From assembly GCA_965116905.1 (NCBI GenBank), contig OZ220732.1:1568001-1632000 (forward strand): 64,000 nt of DNA. Reading direction: 5' to 3'. The position numbers and the translations under genes were made by a program. The DNA comes from Longimicrobiales bacterium (GTDB lineage: Bacteria > Gemmatimonadota > Gemmatimonadetes > Longimicrobiales > Gaopeijiaceae). How positions within the stretch are numbered: the stretch's first letter is position 1; the number at the start of each line of letters is the position of its first letter. The notes beneath the pieces are model-generated. The model saw only the letters and a list, made by a program, of their open reading frames with translations, made no database searches and was not told the origin of the DNA. Below are positions 9,886 to 19,868 of this stretch, in pieces.

Positions 9886-10883
9886 TTCCGCCGCAGTTCG
9901 ACTACCACGCGCCCGGCAGCCTCGACGAAGCGTTGAGCCTGCTCGGCAGCCTCGACGACGCCAAGGTCATGTCGGGCGGGCAGAGCCTGCTTCCGATGAT
10001 GAAGCTGCGCCTGGCGACGCCGGCCAATATCGTCGACATCGGGGGCATTCCGGGGCTCGATTCGATCAGTGAAGAGGGCGGTTTCCTGCGCATCGGCGCG
10101 CTGGTGACCGAGACGGCGCTGGAGGAGAGCGCCGTGGTGGCCGCGCGCTACCCGATCCTGCTGGATACGGCCAAGGTCATCGCCGACCCGCTGGTGCGGA
10201 ACCGCGCGACGATCTGCGGGAATGTGGCGCACGGGGATCCGGCGAATGATCACCCGGCCACCATGCTCGCGCTGAGGGCGCAGATGGTCGCGACCGGGCC
10301 GGACGGCGAGCGCACGATCGGCGTGGACGACTTCTTCCACGGACTGTTCATGACGGCGCTGTCAGAGGGTGAGATCCTGACCGAAATACGCATCCCGGCG
10401 CCCGGCGGGGCTGGCGGGGCCGGCGGCGGGGCGGGCTCCGGCGGCGCCCACCACGGCGGTGCCTACCTCAAGCTCGAACGCAAGGTCGGCGACTACGCGG
10501 TCGCCGGCGCCGCCGTGCAACTCTCCCTGGGCGACGACGGCAAGGTGACCCAGGCGGGCATCGGGCTGACCAATCTGGGCATGGCGCCGATCCGGGCGTC
10601 CGCGGCCGAGGCGGCGCTGACGGGCGCCAGGCTGGTGGAGCGGGGAGGCCTCCGGGGCGCGTTCCAGCGGGTGCGGGACGCGATCGCCAAGGCCCCCGAC
10701 GCCGACGACGTCATCGCGGCCGCCGCACAGGCCGCCGCCGACGCCACCGATCCCGTGGCCGACCGCCGCGGTTCGGTCGAATACAAGAGGAACATGGCCC
10801 GCGTGCTGACCCGCAGGGCCATCCGCAAGGCGCTTTCGCGCGCCGCTGGTGACGCTGGCGCCCACACGCCGGCGGGAGGGTAG
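9882..10883 (+). CDS. coxM: Aerobic CO dehydrogenase medium (FAD) subunit
   Basis: [54 protein letters not shown]. Confidence 0.9.
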   Translation: MIPPQFDYHAPGSLDEALSLLGSLDDAKVMSGGQSLLPMMKLRLATPANIVDIGGIPGLDSISEEGGFLRIGALVTETALEESAVVAARYPILLDTAKVIADPLVRNRATICGNVAHGDPANDHPATMLALRAQMVATGPDGERTIGVDDFFHGLFMTALSEGEILTEIRIPAPGGAGGAGGGAGSGGAHHGGAYLKLERKVGDYAVAGAAVQLSLGDDGKVTQAGIGLTNLGMAPIRASAAEAALTGARLVERGGLRGAFQRVRDAIAKAPDADDVIAAAAQAAADATDPVADRRGSVEYKRNMARVLTRRAIRKALSRAAGDAGAHTPAGG

Positions 10884-10887
10884 CGCC

Positions 10888-11367
10888 ATGGCCAGACACA
10901 ACATCACCGTCACCGTCAACGGCGAGGCGCACTCGCGCGAGGTCGACTCGCGGCTGCTCCTCGTCCATCTGATCCGCGACGAACTCGCGCTCACCGGCAC
11001 CCATATCGGCTGTGACACCACGCACTGCGGCGCGTGCACCGTGCTGGTCGACGGCGTGCCCACCAAGTCGTGCACCGTGCTGGCCGTCCAGGCCGACGGC
11101 GCCGAGATCGGCACGGTCGAGGGGCTCGCCGACGCCAACGGCATGAGCGCGCTCCAGGAGGGCTTCATGCAGGAGCACGGCCTCCAGTGCGGCTTCTGCA
11201 CCCCCGGCATGCTGATGACCGGGACCGCGCTGCTCGCCGCCAACGCGAACCCAAGCGAGGCCGAGATCCGCGAGGCGATATCGGGGAATCTCTGCCGCTG
11301 CACCGGATACGTGAACATCGTCAAGGCGGTCGAGTACGCGGCCGCCAAAATGGGGGAGGCCGACTGA
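10888..11367 (+). CDS. coxS: Aerobic CO dehydrogenase small (2Fe-2S) subunit
   Basis: [29 protein letters not shown]. Confidence 0.93.
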   Translation: MARHNITVTVNGEAHSREVDSRLLLVHLIRDELALTGTHIGCDTTHCGACTVLVDGVPTKSCTVLAVQADGAEIGTVEGLADANGMSALQEGFMQEHGLQCGFCTPGMLMTGTALLAANANPSEAEIREAISGNLCRCTGYVNIVKAVEYAAAKMGEAD

Positions 11368-13748
11368 TGGCCAACGAGACCAACGCACCCAGGACTTCCG
11401 CCAAGATCTGCGGCATGGGCCACTCCATGAAGCGCAAGGAGGACCCGCGCTTCCTGCAGGGCAAGGGCAACTACATCGACGACTTCACCCTGCCGGGGAT
11501 GCTGTGGCTCGACATCGTGCGCAGCCCCATCGCCTACGGGAAGATCGTGAACATCGACACCTCGAAGGCGCTCGAAGTCGACGGCGTGCTCGCCGTGCTG
11601 ACGGGCAAGGACCTCGAGGCCTACAACCTGCACTGGATGCCGACGCTCATGTCGGACACGCAGATGGTGCTGCCGACCGATACGGTCATGTACCAGTCCC
11701 AGGAGGTCGCGGGGGTGATCGCGACGTCGCGCTATGCGGCCGCCGACGGGGTGGCCGCGGTCGAGGTCGAATACGAGCCGATGACGCCCGTGATCGACCC
11801 GTTCCAGGCGCTCGACGACGACGCGCCCGTGCTCCGCACCGACAAGGATGGGCAGGAGGACAACCGGATCTGGCACTGGGAGGCCGGCGACAAGGAGGCG
11901 ACGGACAAGGTCTTCGACGAGGCCGACGTGGTGGTGCGCGAGAAGATGCACGTGCCGCGCATTCACGTGGCGTCGATCGAGACGTGCGGGTGCCTGGCCG
12001 ACTTCAACCCGGTCGAGGGACACCTCACCGTGTACATGACCACGCAGGCCCCGCACGCGATCCGTACCGTGCTGGCCCTGGTGGCGGGTCACGTCGGGCT
12101 GTCCGAGGAGAAGATCCGCGTGGTGTCGCCCGACATCGGGGGCGGCTTCGGGGGGAAGGTGCCGGTGTACCCGGGGTACGTGATCGCGATCGCCGCGTCG
12201 GTCGTGCTGGGCAAGCCGGTCAAGTGGATCGAGGATCGGATGGAGAACCTCCAGGCGGACTCGTTCGCGCGTGACTACCACATGGACGCCGAGATTGCGG
12301 CCGATTCCAGCGGCAAGATCCGCGCTCTGAGAATCAAAACACTGGCCGACCACGGCTATTCGGACGCACAGGCTGCGCCGTCCAAGTTCCCCGCGGGACT
12401 GTTCTCGATCTGCACGGGTTCGTACGACATGGAGCAGGCGTTCGCCGAGGTGGACGCGGTCTACACGAACAAGCCGCCGGGGGGCGTGGCGTACCGCTGC
12501 TCCTTCCGCGTGACCGAGGCCGTGCACTGCATGGAGCGGATCGTGGACACGCTCGCGCACAAGGTGGGCAAGGATCCCGCGACGCTCCGCGAGGAAAACT
12601 TCATTCCAAAGGAAGCGTTCCCGTACCAGTCGCCGCTGGGCTGGGAGTACGACAGCGGGGACTACCAGGCCGCGATGGACAAGGCCAGGGAGATGATCGG
12701 CTACGACGATCTGCGACGGGAGCAGGCCGAGAAGCGCGAGCGCGGCGAGCTGATGGGGATCGGCGTGTGCAGCTTCACCGAGGTGCTGGGGGCGGGGCCG
12801 TCGAAGGACTTCGACATTCTGGGCATCAAGATGTTCGACTCGGCCGAGGTGCGCGTGCACCCGACGGGCAAGGCAATAGCCAGATTCGGCACGAAGTCGC
12901 AGGGGCAGGGACACGAGACCACCTACGCCCAGATCATTGCCGAGGAACTCGGGCTGCCGGCGGCGCACGTGCAGGTGGAGGAGGGCGACACCGACACGGC
13001 TCCGTACGGGTTGGGGACGTATGCGAGCCGGTCGACCCCGACGGCGGGGGCGGCGGGCGCGATGGCCGCGCGGAAGATCCGCGACAAGGCGGCCAAGATC
13101 GCCGCGCATCTGCTGGAGGTGAGCGAGGAGGACCTGGACTGGGAGCCGGGGCAGTTCTCGGTGAAGGGCGCGCCCGACAAGTCGGTCACCATCCAGGACT
13201 GCGCGTTCGCGGCGTACACGAACCTGCCCGAGGGCCTGGAGCCGGGGATGGAGGCGACGAACTACTACGATCCGCCGAACCTGACCTTCCCGTTCGGGAC
13301 GTACATCTGCGTGGTGGACATCGACCGGGGGACGGGCGAGGTGAGCGTGCGCCGGTTCGTGGCCGTGGACGACTGCGGGAACATCATCAACCCCATGATC
13401 GTGCAGGGGCAGATCCATGGCGGATTGACGCAGGGGCTGGGACCGGCGCTGTACGAGGAGATTCCGTACGACGAGGACGGGAACAACCTGGCCGGGTCGT
13501 TCATGGACTACCTGGTGCCCACCGCGGTGGAGACGCCGGCGTGGGAGACCGGGCATACCGTGACGCCGTCGCCGCATCACCCGCTGGGCGCGAAGGGGGT
13601 GGGGGAGTCGGCCACGGTGGGGGCGCCGCCGGCCATTGCGAATGCGGTGGTGGATGCGCTGGCGCACCTGGGGGTGACTCACATGGAGATTCCGATTCGG
13701 CCGGATCGGGTGTGGGAGGTGTTGCGGGAGAAGGGGGTGGCGGGGTGA
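11367..13748 (+). CDS. coxL: Aerobic CO dehydrogenase large subunit, form I
   Basis: Form I active-site motif AYRCSFR; GGGFGGK, SQGQGHETT, GAKGVGE; start overlaps the coxS stop (TGATG). Confidence 0.95.
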   Translation: MANETNAPRTSAKICGMGHSMKRKEDPRFLQGKGNYIDDFTLPGMLWLDIVRSPIAYGKIVNIDTSKALEVDGVLAVLTGKDLEAYNLHWMPTLMSDTQMVLPTDTVMYQSQEVAGVIATSRYAAADGVAAVEVEYEPMTPVIDPFQALDDDAPVLRTDKDGQEDNRIWHWEAGDKEATDKVFDEADVVVREKMHVPRIHVASIETCGCLADFNPVEGHLTVYMTTQAPHAIRTVLALVAGHVGLSEEKIRVVSPDIGGGFGGKVPVYPGYVIAIAASVVLGKPVKWIEDRMENLQADSFARDYHMDAEIAADSSGKIRALRIKTLADHGYSDAQAAPSKFPAGLFSICTGSYDMEQAFAEVDAVYTNKPPGGVAYRCSFRVTEAVHCMERIVDTLAHKVGKDPATLREENFIPKEAFPYQSPLGWEYDSGDYQAAMDKAREMIGYDDLRREQAEKRERGELMGIGVCSFTEVLGAGPSKDFDILGIKMFDSAEVRVHPTGKAIARFGTKSQGQGHETTYAQIIAEELGLPAAHVQVEEGDTDTAPYGLGTYASRSTPTAGAAGAMAARKIRDKAAKIAAHLLEVSEEDLDWEPGQFSVKGAPDKSVTIQDCAFAAYTNLPEGLEPGMEATNYYDPPNLTFPFGTYICVVDIDRGTGEVSVRRFVAVDDCGNIINPMIVQGQIHGGLTQGLGPALYEEIPYDEDGNNLAGSFMDYLVPTAVETPAWETGHTVTPSPHHPLGAKGVGESATVGAPPAIANAVVDALAHLGVTHMEIPIRPDRVWEVLREKGVAG

Positions 13749-13881
13749 GGGGGGTGGTCTCCGTCGCGCGTCCGGGAGCTGGAGATCGTGCTGCGATTGC
13801 TGAAACGCCTGTTCCCCAGGCGGTCAAGCTAGGATCCGCAGAAGAGATATAGACAGTCCACAACTTCCACATGGCACTGCT

Positions 13882-15471
13882 ATGAAGGCAATCCGTCTCG
13901 AATCGTTTCGATGTTTGGACGACACTGGGTTTGTTAAGCTTCGGCCCATAACCATACTTGTTGGAAGAAACAGCTCAGGGAAGAGTTCTTTTCTCCGGTT
14001 CCTGCCTTTGCTCCGACAGAGTGTTGACGCTCCGACTACCGGTCCGATTCAGTGGTATGGGGATCATGTTGACTTCGGCGGTTTTCAAGAGACGCTTTCA
14101 AGCTCTAGCGAAGAACAGAAAATCCGGTTTCACTTCAAGCTCACTATACATCCTGGAAGCGTCCTGACTCACATGCGCCACCCGACCCATTGGGCTAGGG
14201 GTGCTCGACGGCGTGGTAGAGCGGAAGACCTAGTTGATTGCGAACTTACCCTTACAATTGTACCCGATCCTAAAGACAACTCCATTACTCGATTCGAGTC
14301 GCTTTCTATCCGAGCAGCGGATCAACTGATTCAGATTGGGATCACTGGCTCAGATCGGATTGCTAAGATCACAATCAATGGCCGTCAGCCACTCGAGGAG
14401 ATCTCTCAAGACCTAGCGACAGCTCCCGGCGCATTACTCCCGTCAATACACCGGAGATTCCGATCCGCCAAGGCCGAAGATGCCGATCTGCGTTACACCG
14501 TTTCCGGTTTCGGCCGACCGCTCGCTGTTGCCCAGTTGGTCGATGTTCTCCGTCCAATGTTTCATGGAAATACCGCAGCAAGCACCATAGAACAAGTCGC
14601 GCAGCGAGTGCCTTTCGGATCCGACAAATCTGTACTCGCATCCTTGCGGTCACTCAAGCACCTGGGCAAGCGATGGGCCGAATCTGTCGGCAGGCTTGAG
14701 ACGAGCAGTCGGCGCTTTGCCGAGATAAGAGACTTGTTGATTGCGAACTCGTTGGCTGCTATTCTTCAACATCTTGATGGCCAGCTGTGGCAGTTTGCGT
14801 CTGGTATACGGTACATAAAGCCTGTTCGTGCCACGGCACAGCGATACTACCGCCCACAGGACTTGGCGGTTGGCGAGGTGGATCCGGAAGGCAAGAATTT
14901 GGCAATGTTCCTCCGGAGCCTTACAAAAAAAGAGGGTGAGGAGTTCAACGACTGGATGTTCAGCGAATTAGGGTGGACGATAGACACACGCCTTGAAGGA
15001 GGACACGTATCGTTAAGTATACGTGAAGCTGAGGCGACCAGCTATAACCTAACGGACGTGGGTTTCGGTTTCAGTCAACTGCTGCCAGTGATCGCGCAGC
15101 TGTGGTCTATGCAGCACCGGCGCCTTAGGCAGCGCACGCCCTACGCGTCGGAATTGACATTTGCCATTGAACAACCTGAGCTGCACCTGCATCCAGGACT
15201 ACAAGCTAGGCTGGCGGACATTCTGATACGAGCTGTGGTATCTGCTGAGCGCCAGCGAATCGGCCTAAAGTTGGTTGTGGAGACCCATAGCGAGGCGATC
15301 GTCAATCGGATTGGTCGACGAATCGGGCAGGGTGACCTTAACCCGGAAAGGGCGTGTGTCGTATTGTTTGACTCTGACGGTACGGACGGAGTGTCGAAGG
15401 TCAGTACCGGTATATTTGGGAGTGACGGTGCCCTGCGCAACTGGCCATACGGATTCTTCGAACCCGAGTGA
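13882..15471 (+). CDS. AAA_15/AAA_21-type ABC ATPase with DUF3696-like C-terminus
   Basis: Walker A GRNSSGKS; DVGFGFSQLLP; IEQPELHLHP; ETHSE; C-terminal GALRNWPYGFF. Confidence 0.85.
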   Translation: MKAIRLESFRCLDDTGFVKLRPITILVGRNSSGKSSFLRFLPLLRQSVDAPTTGPIQWYGDHVDFGGFQETLSSSSEEQKIRFHFKLTIHPGSVLTHMRHPTHWARGARRRGRAEDLVDCELTLTIVPDPKDNSITRFESLSIRAADQLIQIGITGSDRIAKITINGRQPLEEISQDLATAPGALLPSIHRRFRSAKAEDADLRYTVSGFGRPLAVAQLVDVLRPMFHGNTAASTIEQVAQRVPFGSDKSVLASLRSLKHLGKRWAESVGRLETSSRRFAEIRDLLIANSLAAILQHLDGQLWQFASGIRYIKPVRATAQRYYRPQDLAVGEVDPEGKNLAMFLRSLTKKEGEEFNDWMFSELGWTIDTRLEGGHVSLSIREAEATSYNLTDVGFGFSQLLPVIAQLWSMQHRRLRQRTPYASELTFAIEQPELHLHPGLQARLADILIRAVVSAERQRIGLKLVVETHSEAIVNRIGRRIGQGDLNPERACVVLFDSDGTDGVSKVSTGIFGSDGALRNWPYGFFEPE

Positions 15472-15484
15472 GGGGTGTCAATAG

Positions 15485-16588
15485 GTGCTCATCGAACTTG
15501 CTGACGATCTTACCGATGGGTTGTCGGGAGAGGACTTAGCCACCATCGAGTTACTATTGCACTCCCGTCGCCTGGGTTATCATTTGCTGGTGGGAAGTGA
15601 CGATCTGCTCAGTCGTCTCATGGAACAGGAGCTATCCCCGAGTGGTCGAGCGATTCTCAAGAGGGTACATGACCGGCAGATTCAAAAGCGTGGGTTACGA
15701 GAAGCAGTCGCCTTTCGCGTTAGAGTGTCATTGACCGATGAATCGTGTGTGACAAGTCGTGGGGATCGCTCAATCATCAACATTCGACTGGGTGACTTTA
15801 GGGGCTTCGGCTCAATGTCCCCAACCGTGATTCTCGGAGAGAACATACGAGATGCACGACTTGCAGAGGTCATGGCAAGAGTCTACGCGCGTTCGAACGG
15901 AATGTCTCAGGTCAAGCAATGCGGTGTGCGCATGGGTGGCGGCGGAGACACAACAGCCGAGGTATTTCGAGAAGTCCGGGATGAAACGCGCCTTTGTGTC
16001 TGTGTAGTAGACAGCGACAAGGCGGCTCCTTCAGATGGAATGGGATCGACGGCGCGGAAGGTGATCAGGGAGGTGGACCCCGAGAAACCGTGGGCATACG
16101 TTTTGGTAACCGAATGTCGGGAATCAGAGAACCAGCTCTCTTCCAGATTAGTGGAGACCGCTGTGAATGATGATGCGACGTTGCGAGAGATGATCCCATG
16201 CCTTGAACGGCTTGATACCGGAGCCTCTGTGTCTGAATTACGGGATTATTGTGACCTAAAGAACGGCACGCTACTCGAATGGGTGTTTGCGCTGCCGGCC
16301 GGCTCGACGCGAGACTTTTGGATTCGACGAATCGGTATGTGTACAATACTGCCGCTTGTGAGGAGCGAATGTGTCGAGCGTGGTCGATGCTGTAGTGTGG
16401 ATGAGTGTGAATGCTGGCTGATGCCGAGATTTGGCGATGGGATACTGGATCGTTGCCTTGACGCGATGGAGAGGATGTCCACGCAGAAGATCTCCGAAGC
16501 GTTATGCGCCCCTACACGTCGACACTGGGTCCGTATTGGATCGGCTGTTTTCAGTTGGACCTGTGGAACGGAGAGGGTGGTGGTGTAG
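15485..16588 (+). CDS. Hypothetical protein with TOPRIM-like motifs, partner of the ATPase
   Basis: ILGENIRD, GGGGDT, VVDSDK, RESEN; Cys-rich C-terminal part; 13 bp after the ATPase. Confidence 0.6.
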   Translation: MLIELADDLTDGLSGEDLATIELLLHSRRLGYHLLVGSDDLLSRLMEQELSPSGRAILKRVHDRQIQKRGLREAVAFRVRVSLTDESCVTSRGDRSIINIRLGDFRGFGSMSPTVILGENIRDARLAEVMARVYARSNGMSQVKQCGVRMGGGGDTTAEVFREVRDETRLCVCVVDSDKAAPSDGMGSTARKVIREVDPEKPWAYVLVTECRESENQLSSRLVETAVNDDATLREMIPCLERLDTGASVSELRDYCDLKNGTLLEWVFALPAGSTRDFWIRRIGMCTILPLVRSECVERGRCCSVDECECWLMPRFGDGILDRCLDAMERMSTQKISEALCAPTRRHWVRIGSAVFSWTCGTERVVV

Positions 16589-16658
16589 AATGTGGTGAGG
16601 GGATCGTGGGTCTCGTTGGGAAGGGAGCCTGAGATCTTGCATGTCGACAACGGAGAAG

Positions 16659-17321
16659 TCAGGGGCTTACCGTACTAGAACGCCCTGAGGTCGCCGCCTC
16701 GGCCAGCACCGTGGTGACGAAACGGATGCCCTTGTTCGCTGCCACCAGGCTCAGCACGACGTAGAGTAACCCTTGAGCGCTGACTAGGACGATGCACTCC
16801 CGCCCACTGATACCGAGGAAAGCTGCGAGGCCTACGCTCACGATGACGAGCGCGAAGCTCAGGTTTGTCAGATCTCTCGTGAGCAACCAGGCGCGGTGGG
16901 CCTCATCAACAGACTCCCGATCTGCGGTCGCTTTCGAGAGCCTGTACCAGAGTAGATTCTGGTCGGCCGGGTCGGTCGGTAGCGGACCGTGCTGTGCCTC
17001 TAACGCATCCATGTTGACGCGGCTGTCTGCGTTCCCGTGCACAGTGAAGGCGTCGTGACCAGGGAGCGGATTCCGCCACTTCCAATAGACCAGCACCGCC
17101 TTGAAGTCGGATGTCACGATTCCATCGAGGATGAGGGTGGCCAACGGCAGTAGCAGGGTCAGCACGAGCTTGAGGTCGATCAGAGCGGTCCACTGACGGG
17201 CTTGGATGGCCCCAAGGACATCGCTACCCGAGAACACCGCGAACACCAGGAGTGCGATCAATGTGACGAAGCCCTTCAGTCGCCCCCTGTAGCGCGACTT
17301 GATGCTGCCGCCGGTCGCCAT
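16659..17321 (-). CDS. Uncharacterised membrane protein (about 4 TM segments)
   Basis: Hydrophobic segments flank a soluble core (NPLPGH, DPADQNLLWYRL, AHRAWLLTRDL); 4 bp after the MBL gene. Confidence 0.7.
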   Translation of the reverse strand: MATGGSIKSRYRGRLKGFVTLIALLVFAVFSGSDVLGAIQARQWTALIDLKLVLTLLLPLATLILDGIVTSDFKAVLVYWKWRNPLPGHDAFTVHGNADSRVNMDALEAQHGPLPTDPADQNLLWYRLSKATADRESVDEAHRAWLLTRDLTNLSFALVIVSVGLAAFLGISGRECIVLVSAQGLLYVVLSLVAANKGIRFVTTVLAEAATSGRSSTVSP

Positions 17322-17325
17322 ATCC

Positions 17326-18435
17326 CTACTCCTCCTCTTGATCCTCGGGGTACGGCAGTCTCTTGGCAGGCACTTCGTTGTCCCGACGTGGAAGGTTCCT
17401 GTAGGTCCGCAGATATTCTCCGCGTACCCCGGTCGTCTGCGTCACATCCGCGCCGCGATGTATCAGGCCGCGAACCACCGCACGTCGTGGGTGGTCCTTG
17501 TCGTCAGGATTGGCACTGATGAGCGCATGGAGCAAGCCTTGGCCGCCGGGTAACTGTCGCGGGAGGCGAGGCCCCAGCCACCGGTCGAGCACGTCGGTCG
17601 ACAAGTTCCGCCGGGATCCGTGATGTGGAACATCGAAGCGATCGATGCCTGGCAGCCGGAGCCCGATGACAGGAGCGAAGTTGGCGGCCTCATTGAGTCC
17701 GTCTCGGCCCACGTCCCCTGTGAGCAGAACCTTCTTATCGCACAAACTGGCGTATTGCACAACGCTCATCTCGTTCTCTACGCTCGTCGGCCCGGTTGAG
17801 AAGACCTCGATCCCCCAAGCGGCCCTGGCGTAGTAGACGACCTTCGCTGCTGCCTTCTGAATGGCTCCGAAAAGCCCCATGCCGGCTGCCGGAACAGCTG
17901 GCTCCGGCGTCCTGTCGGAGTCCACGATCAGCTGGAGAAACCGCGTCTTCGACGGCGCGAGCACCGTGAACTCACCGATCATTGCGCCCTGGAAAGGTTC
18001 GTAGATGGGAATCCCGCGGCGCTGCGCGATCTCTTCCAGTTCCGCGACATTGGGATAGGCTTTGCGAAGAGCCTCTTCGAGCCCGCTTACCGTGCTGAAC
18101 CTCGCGAAGTGACTCAAGAGCTCGGCAGCATAGAGCCAAGGGCGCAGCATCCACAGACCGCCCCCGGGAGGCACCTCACATTCTTCCAGAACGGTCCTCA
18201 AGCCGCCGGAGTGATCGGCATCCGGGTGGGTTAGGACCACATGGTTGACGCTGTTGCCTCCGTAGTACTTGCGGAGGTGAGCCATGACGTTCGGCCCGTC
18301 CTCCTGAAAGCCTCCGTCCACGACATGCACTTGGATGGCTCCGTCCCGTTTGTAACGCAGAGTGATCGCATCACCGCTCTTGGATTCGCCAACGCTCAAT
18401 AAGTCGATCTCGAAGTAGGACTCCATTCGTCTCAT
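17326..18435 (-). CDS. ComEC/Rec2-type metallo-beta-lactamase-fold hydrolase
   Basis: GDAI, VVDGG, THPDADHSGG, LLTGD, VPHHGS, DHP. Confidence 0.85.
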   Translation of the reverse strand: MRRMESYFEIDLLSVGESKSGDAITLRYKRDGAIQVHVVDGGFQEDGPNVMAHLRKYYGGNSVNHVVLTHPDADHSGGLRTVLEECEVPPGGGLWMLRPWLYAAELLSHFARFSTVSGLEEALRKAYPNVAELEEIAQRRGIPIYEPFQGAMIGEFTVLAPSKTRFLQLIVDSDRTPEPAVPAAGMGLFGAIQKAAAKVVYYARAAWGIEVFSTGPTSVENEMSVVQYASLCDKKVLLTGDVGRDGLNEAANFAPVIGLRLPGIDRFDVPHHGSRRNLSTDVLDRWLGPRLPRQLPGGQGLLHALISANPDDKDHPRRAVVRGLIHRGADVTQTTGVRGEYLRTYRNLPRRDNEVPAKRLPYPEDQEEE

Positions 18436-19868
18436 CCTTTCGTCGACCGCGCATTCGGCAGCCTGTTCATGAGGAGCATGTCCCGGAACTCCTCTGGTGT
18501 CATGTCCGCGATGGTCGCTGCATGGTCTGCGTCACCGACCAGTCGCCTTGCCATCCTCGTCTTGCGGGCCAGCGACTCCGCGATCACGAGGTCGATCGTG
18601 TCGGCCGCTAGGAGGCGGACGTACGTGACCGGCGCGTGCTGCCCGATGCGATGATTCCTGTCTTGGCTCTGCGCATACAGGTCGTATCGCCAGGTCAGGG
18701 TTTCGTAGATGGCATACGTAGCCGCCGTTAGCGTGAATCCCGTTCCAGCTGCCGCCGGGTTGCCCACGAACAGACGAACACCGGAGTCCTCCTGGAACGA
18801 TCGAACCAGTGCCTGCCGTTCGGATGCGGGGACCCCTCCGAACAGCGTCACGACTCCAAGCTCGTTGTAGCGCGCCGCAAGCCGGGTGATGGTGTTCACA
18901 TAGTACGACCAGAGAATCACCTTGCACCCCTTCGCCCGAATCAGTTCTTCCAGGATTCGGTCAAGCTCGGCGAGCTTCGCAGGCTCACGCTGTTCATTGG
19001 GAACTACTAGCGCTGGATTGCTGGCGATCTGCGCCAGTCTCAGCAGTTTCGTCAGAGCCGTGGGCGCGTAAGCGCGGAATGCGTCTCTGCTCATCCGTCG
19101 GACGTCGTCGAGGATTCCGTCTCGCACCGCATCATACATCCGGCGCTGCCAATCTGGGAGCGGGACGCTAAGGTCCACGAAGCTCTTGGAGGGCAGGCTC
19201 AGGCATTCCTCTTTCGTACGGCGAAGTACATGGGGCTTGAGAAGCTCGGCCAGCTTCTTCTGCCTGCGGGGGTTGGTCCCAGAGTCTCCGTAGTCCAGCA
19301 TGAAGACTTCGTACGGGCCTAGGGGATTCACATCCGCTACCACGCTCAACTGGGCGTGGATGTCCGACGGGCTATTCGTCACAGGCGTGCCGGTGAGAAG
19401 CCAGCGAAACGCGGCGAGTGGGGCAAATTGCCGGGCGGCGATGCTGGTAAGGGATCGCCGGTTCTTCACGTGGTGTGACTCATCGAGCACTAGAACCGGT
19501 CGTAGGCGACGCATCATGGCTCGGACAGACGCAATGTCGGCCCTCGCCGCCTCGTAGTTCACGATCACAACCGCTTCGTCGGCATTCGCAAATCCGGCGC
19601 GCCGATCATGTCCCGATCCGCCGACGATCCTTATCTGCCACGTCGGTGCAAACCGAGTGATCTCTCCGGCCCAATTGTCCTTCAGGGAGTTCGGACATAA
19701 GACTACCATATGGCCTACAATGCCCCGTTCCCGAAGCTCGCGAAAAGCGTCGATCGCGGTCAGGGTCTTGCCAAGTCCCTGCTCAAAGGCGAGGATGCCG
19801 CCGCGCCGCTGGATCAGGAACCGGACACCATCCTCCTGATGGGCCATCAGCTGGTACCTACGGCCCAT
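18432..19868 (-). CDS. SNF2-family helicase/ATPase
   Basis: EQGLGKT, LDESHHVKN, LTGTP, LRRTK, QSQDRNHRIGQ; ATG at 19868 with GGAGG RBS overlapping the end of the upstream gene. Confidence 0.88.
   Translation of the reverse strand: MGRRYQLMAHQEDGVRFLIQRRGGILAFEQGLGKTLTAIDAFRELRERGIVGHMVVLCPNSLKDNWAGEITRFAPTWQIRIVGGSGHDRRAGFANADEAVVIVNYEAARADIASVRAMMRRLRPVLVLDESHHVKNRRSLTSIAARQFAPLAAFRWLLTGTPVTNSPSDIHAQLSVVADVNPLGPYEVFMLDYGDSGTNPRRQKKLAELLKPHVLRRTKEECLSLPSKSFVDLSVPLPDWQRRMYDAVRDGILDDVRRMSRDAFRAYAPTALTKLLRLAQIASNPALVVPNEQREPAKLAELDRILEELIRAKGCKVILWSYYVNTITRLAARYNELGVVTLFGGVPASERQALVRSFQEDSGVRLFVGNPAAAGTGFTLTAATYAIYETLTWRYDLYAQSQDRNHRIGQHAPVTYVRLLAADTIDLVIAESLARKTRMARRLVGDADHAATIADMTPEEFRDMLLMNRLPNARSTKG

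Noticed and set aside
10362..13682. 1106-aa minus-strand ORF and similar long ORFs (4084-5991, 47971-49404, 57665-59458, 328-1632)
   Set aside because: Antisense or alternate-frame shadows of well-supported high-GC genes; no recognisable motifs.
5922..13746. Shared GGTGGCGGGGT at the 3' ends of the spondin gene and coxL as att sites
   Set aside because: Only 11 bp of G-rich sequence; expected by chance at this GC content.
13882..16588. Naming the pair PARIS, Septu or Menshen
   Set aside because: No HNH partner (Septu), no adjacent DUF262 gene (Menshen), and AriB/DUF4435 identity cannot be confirmed by eye.
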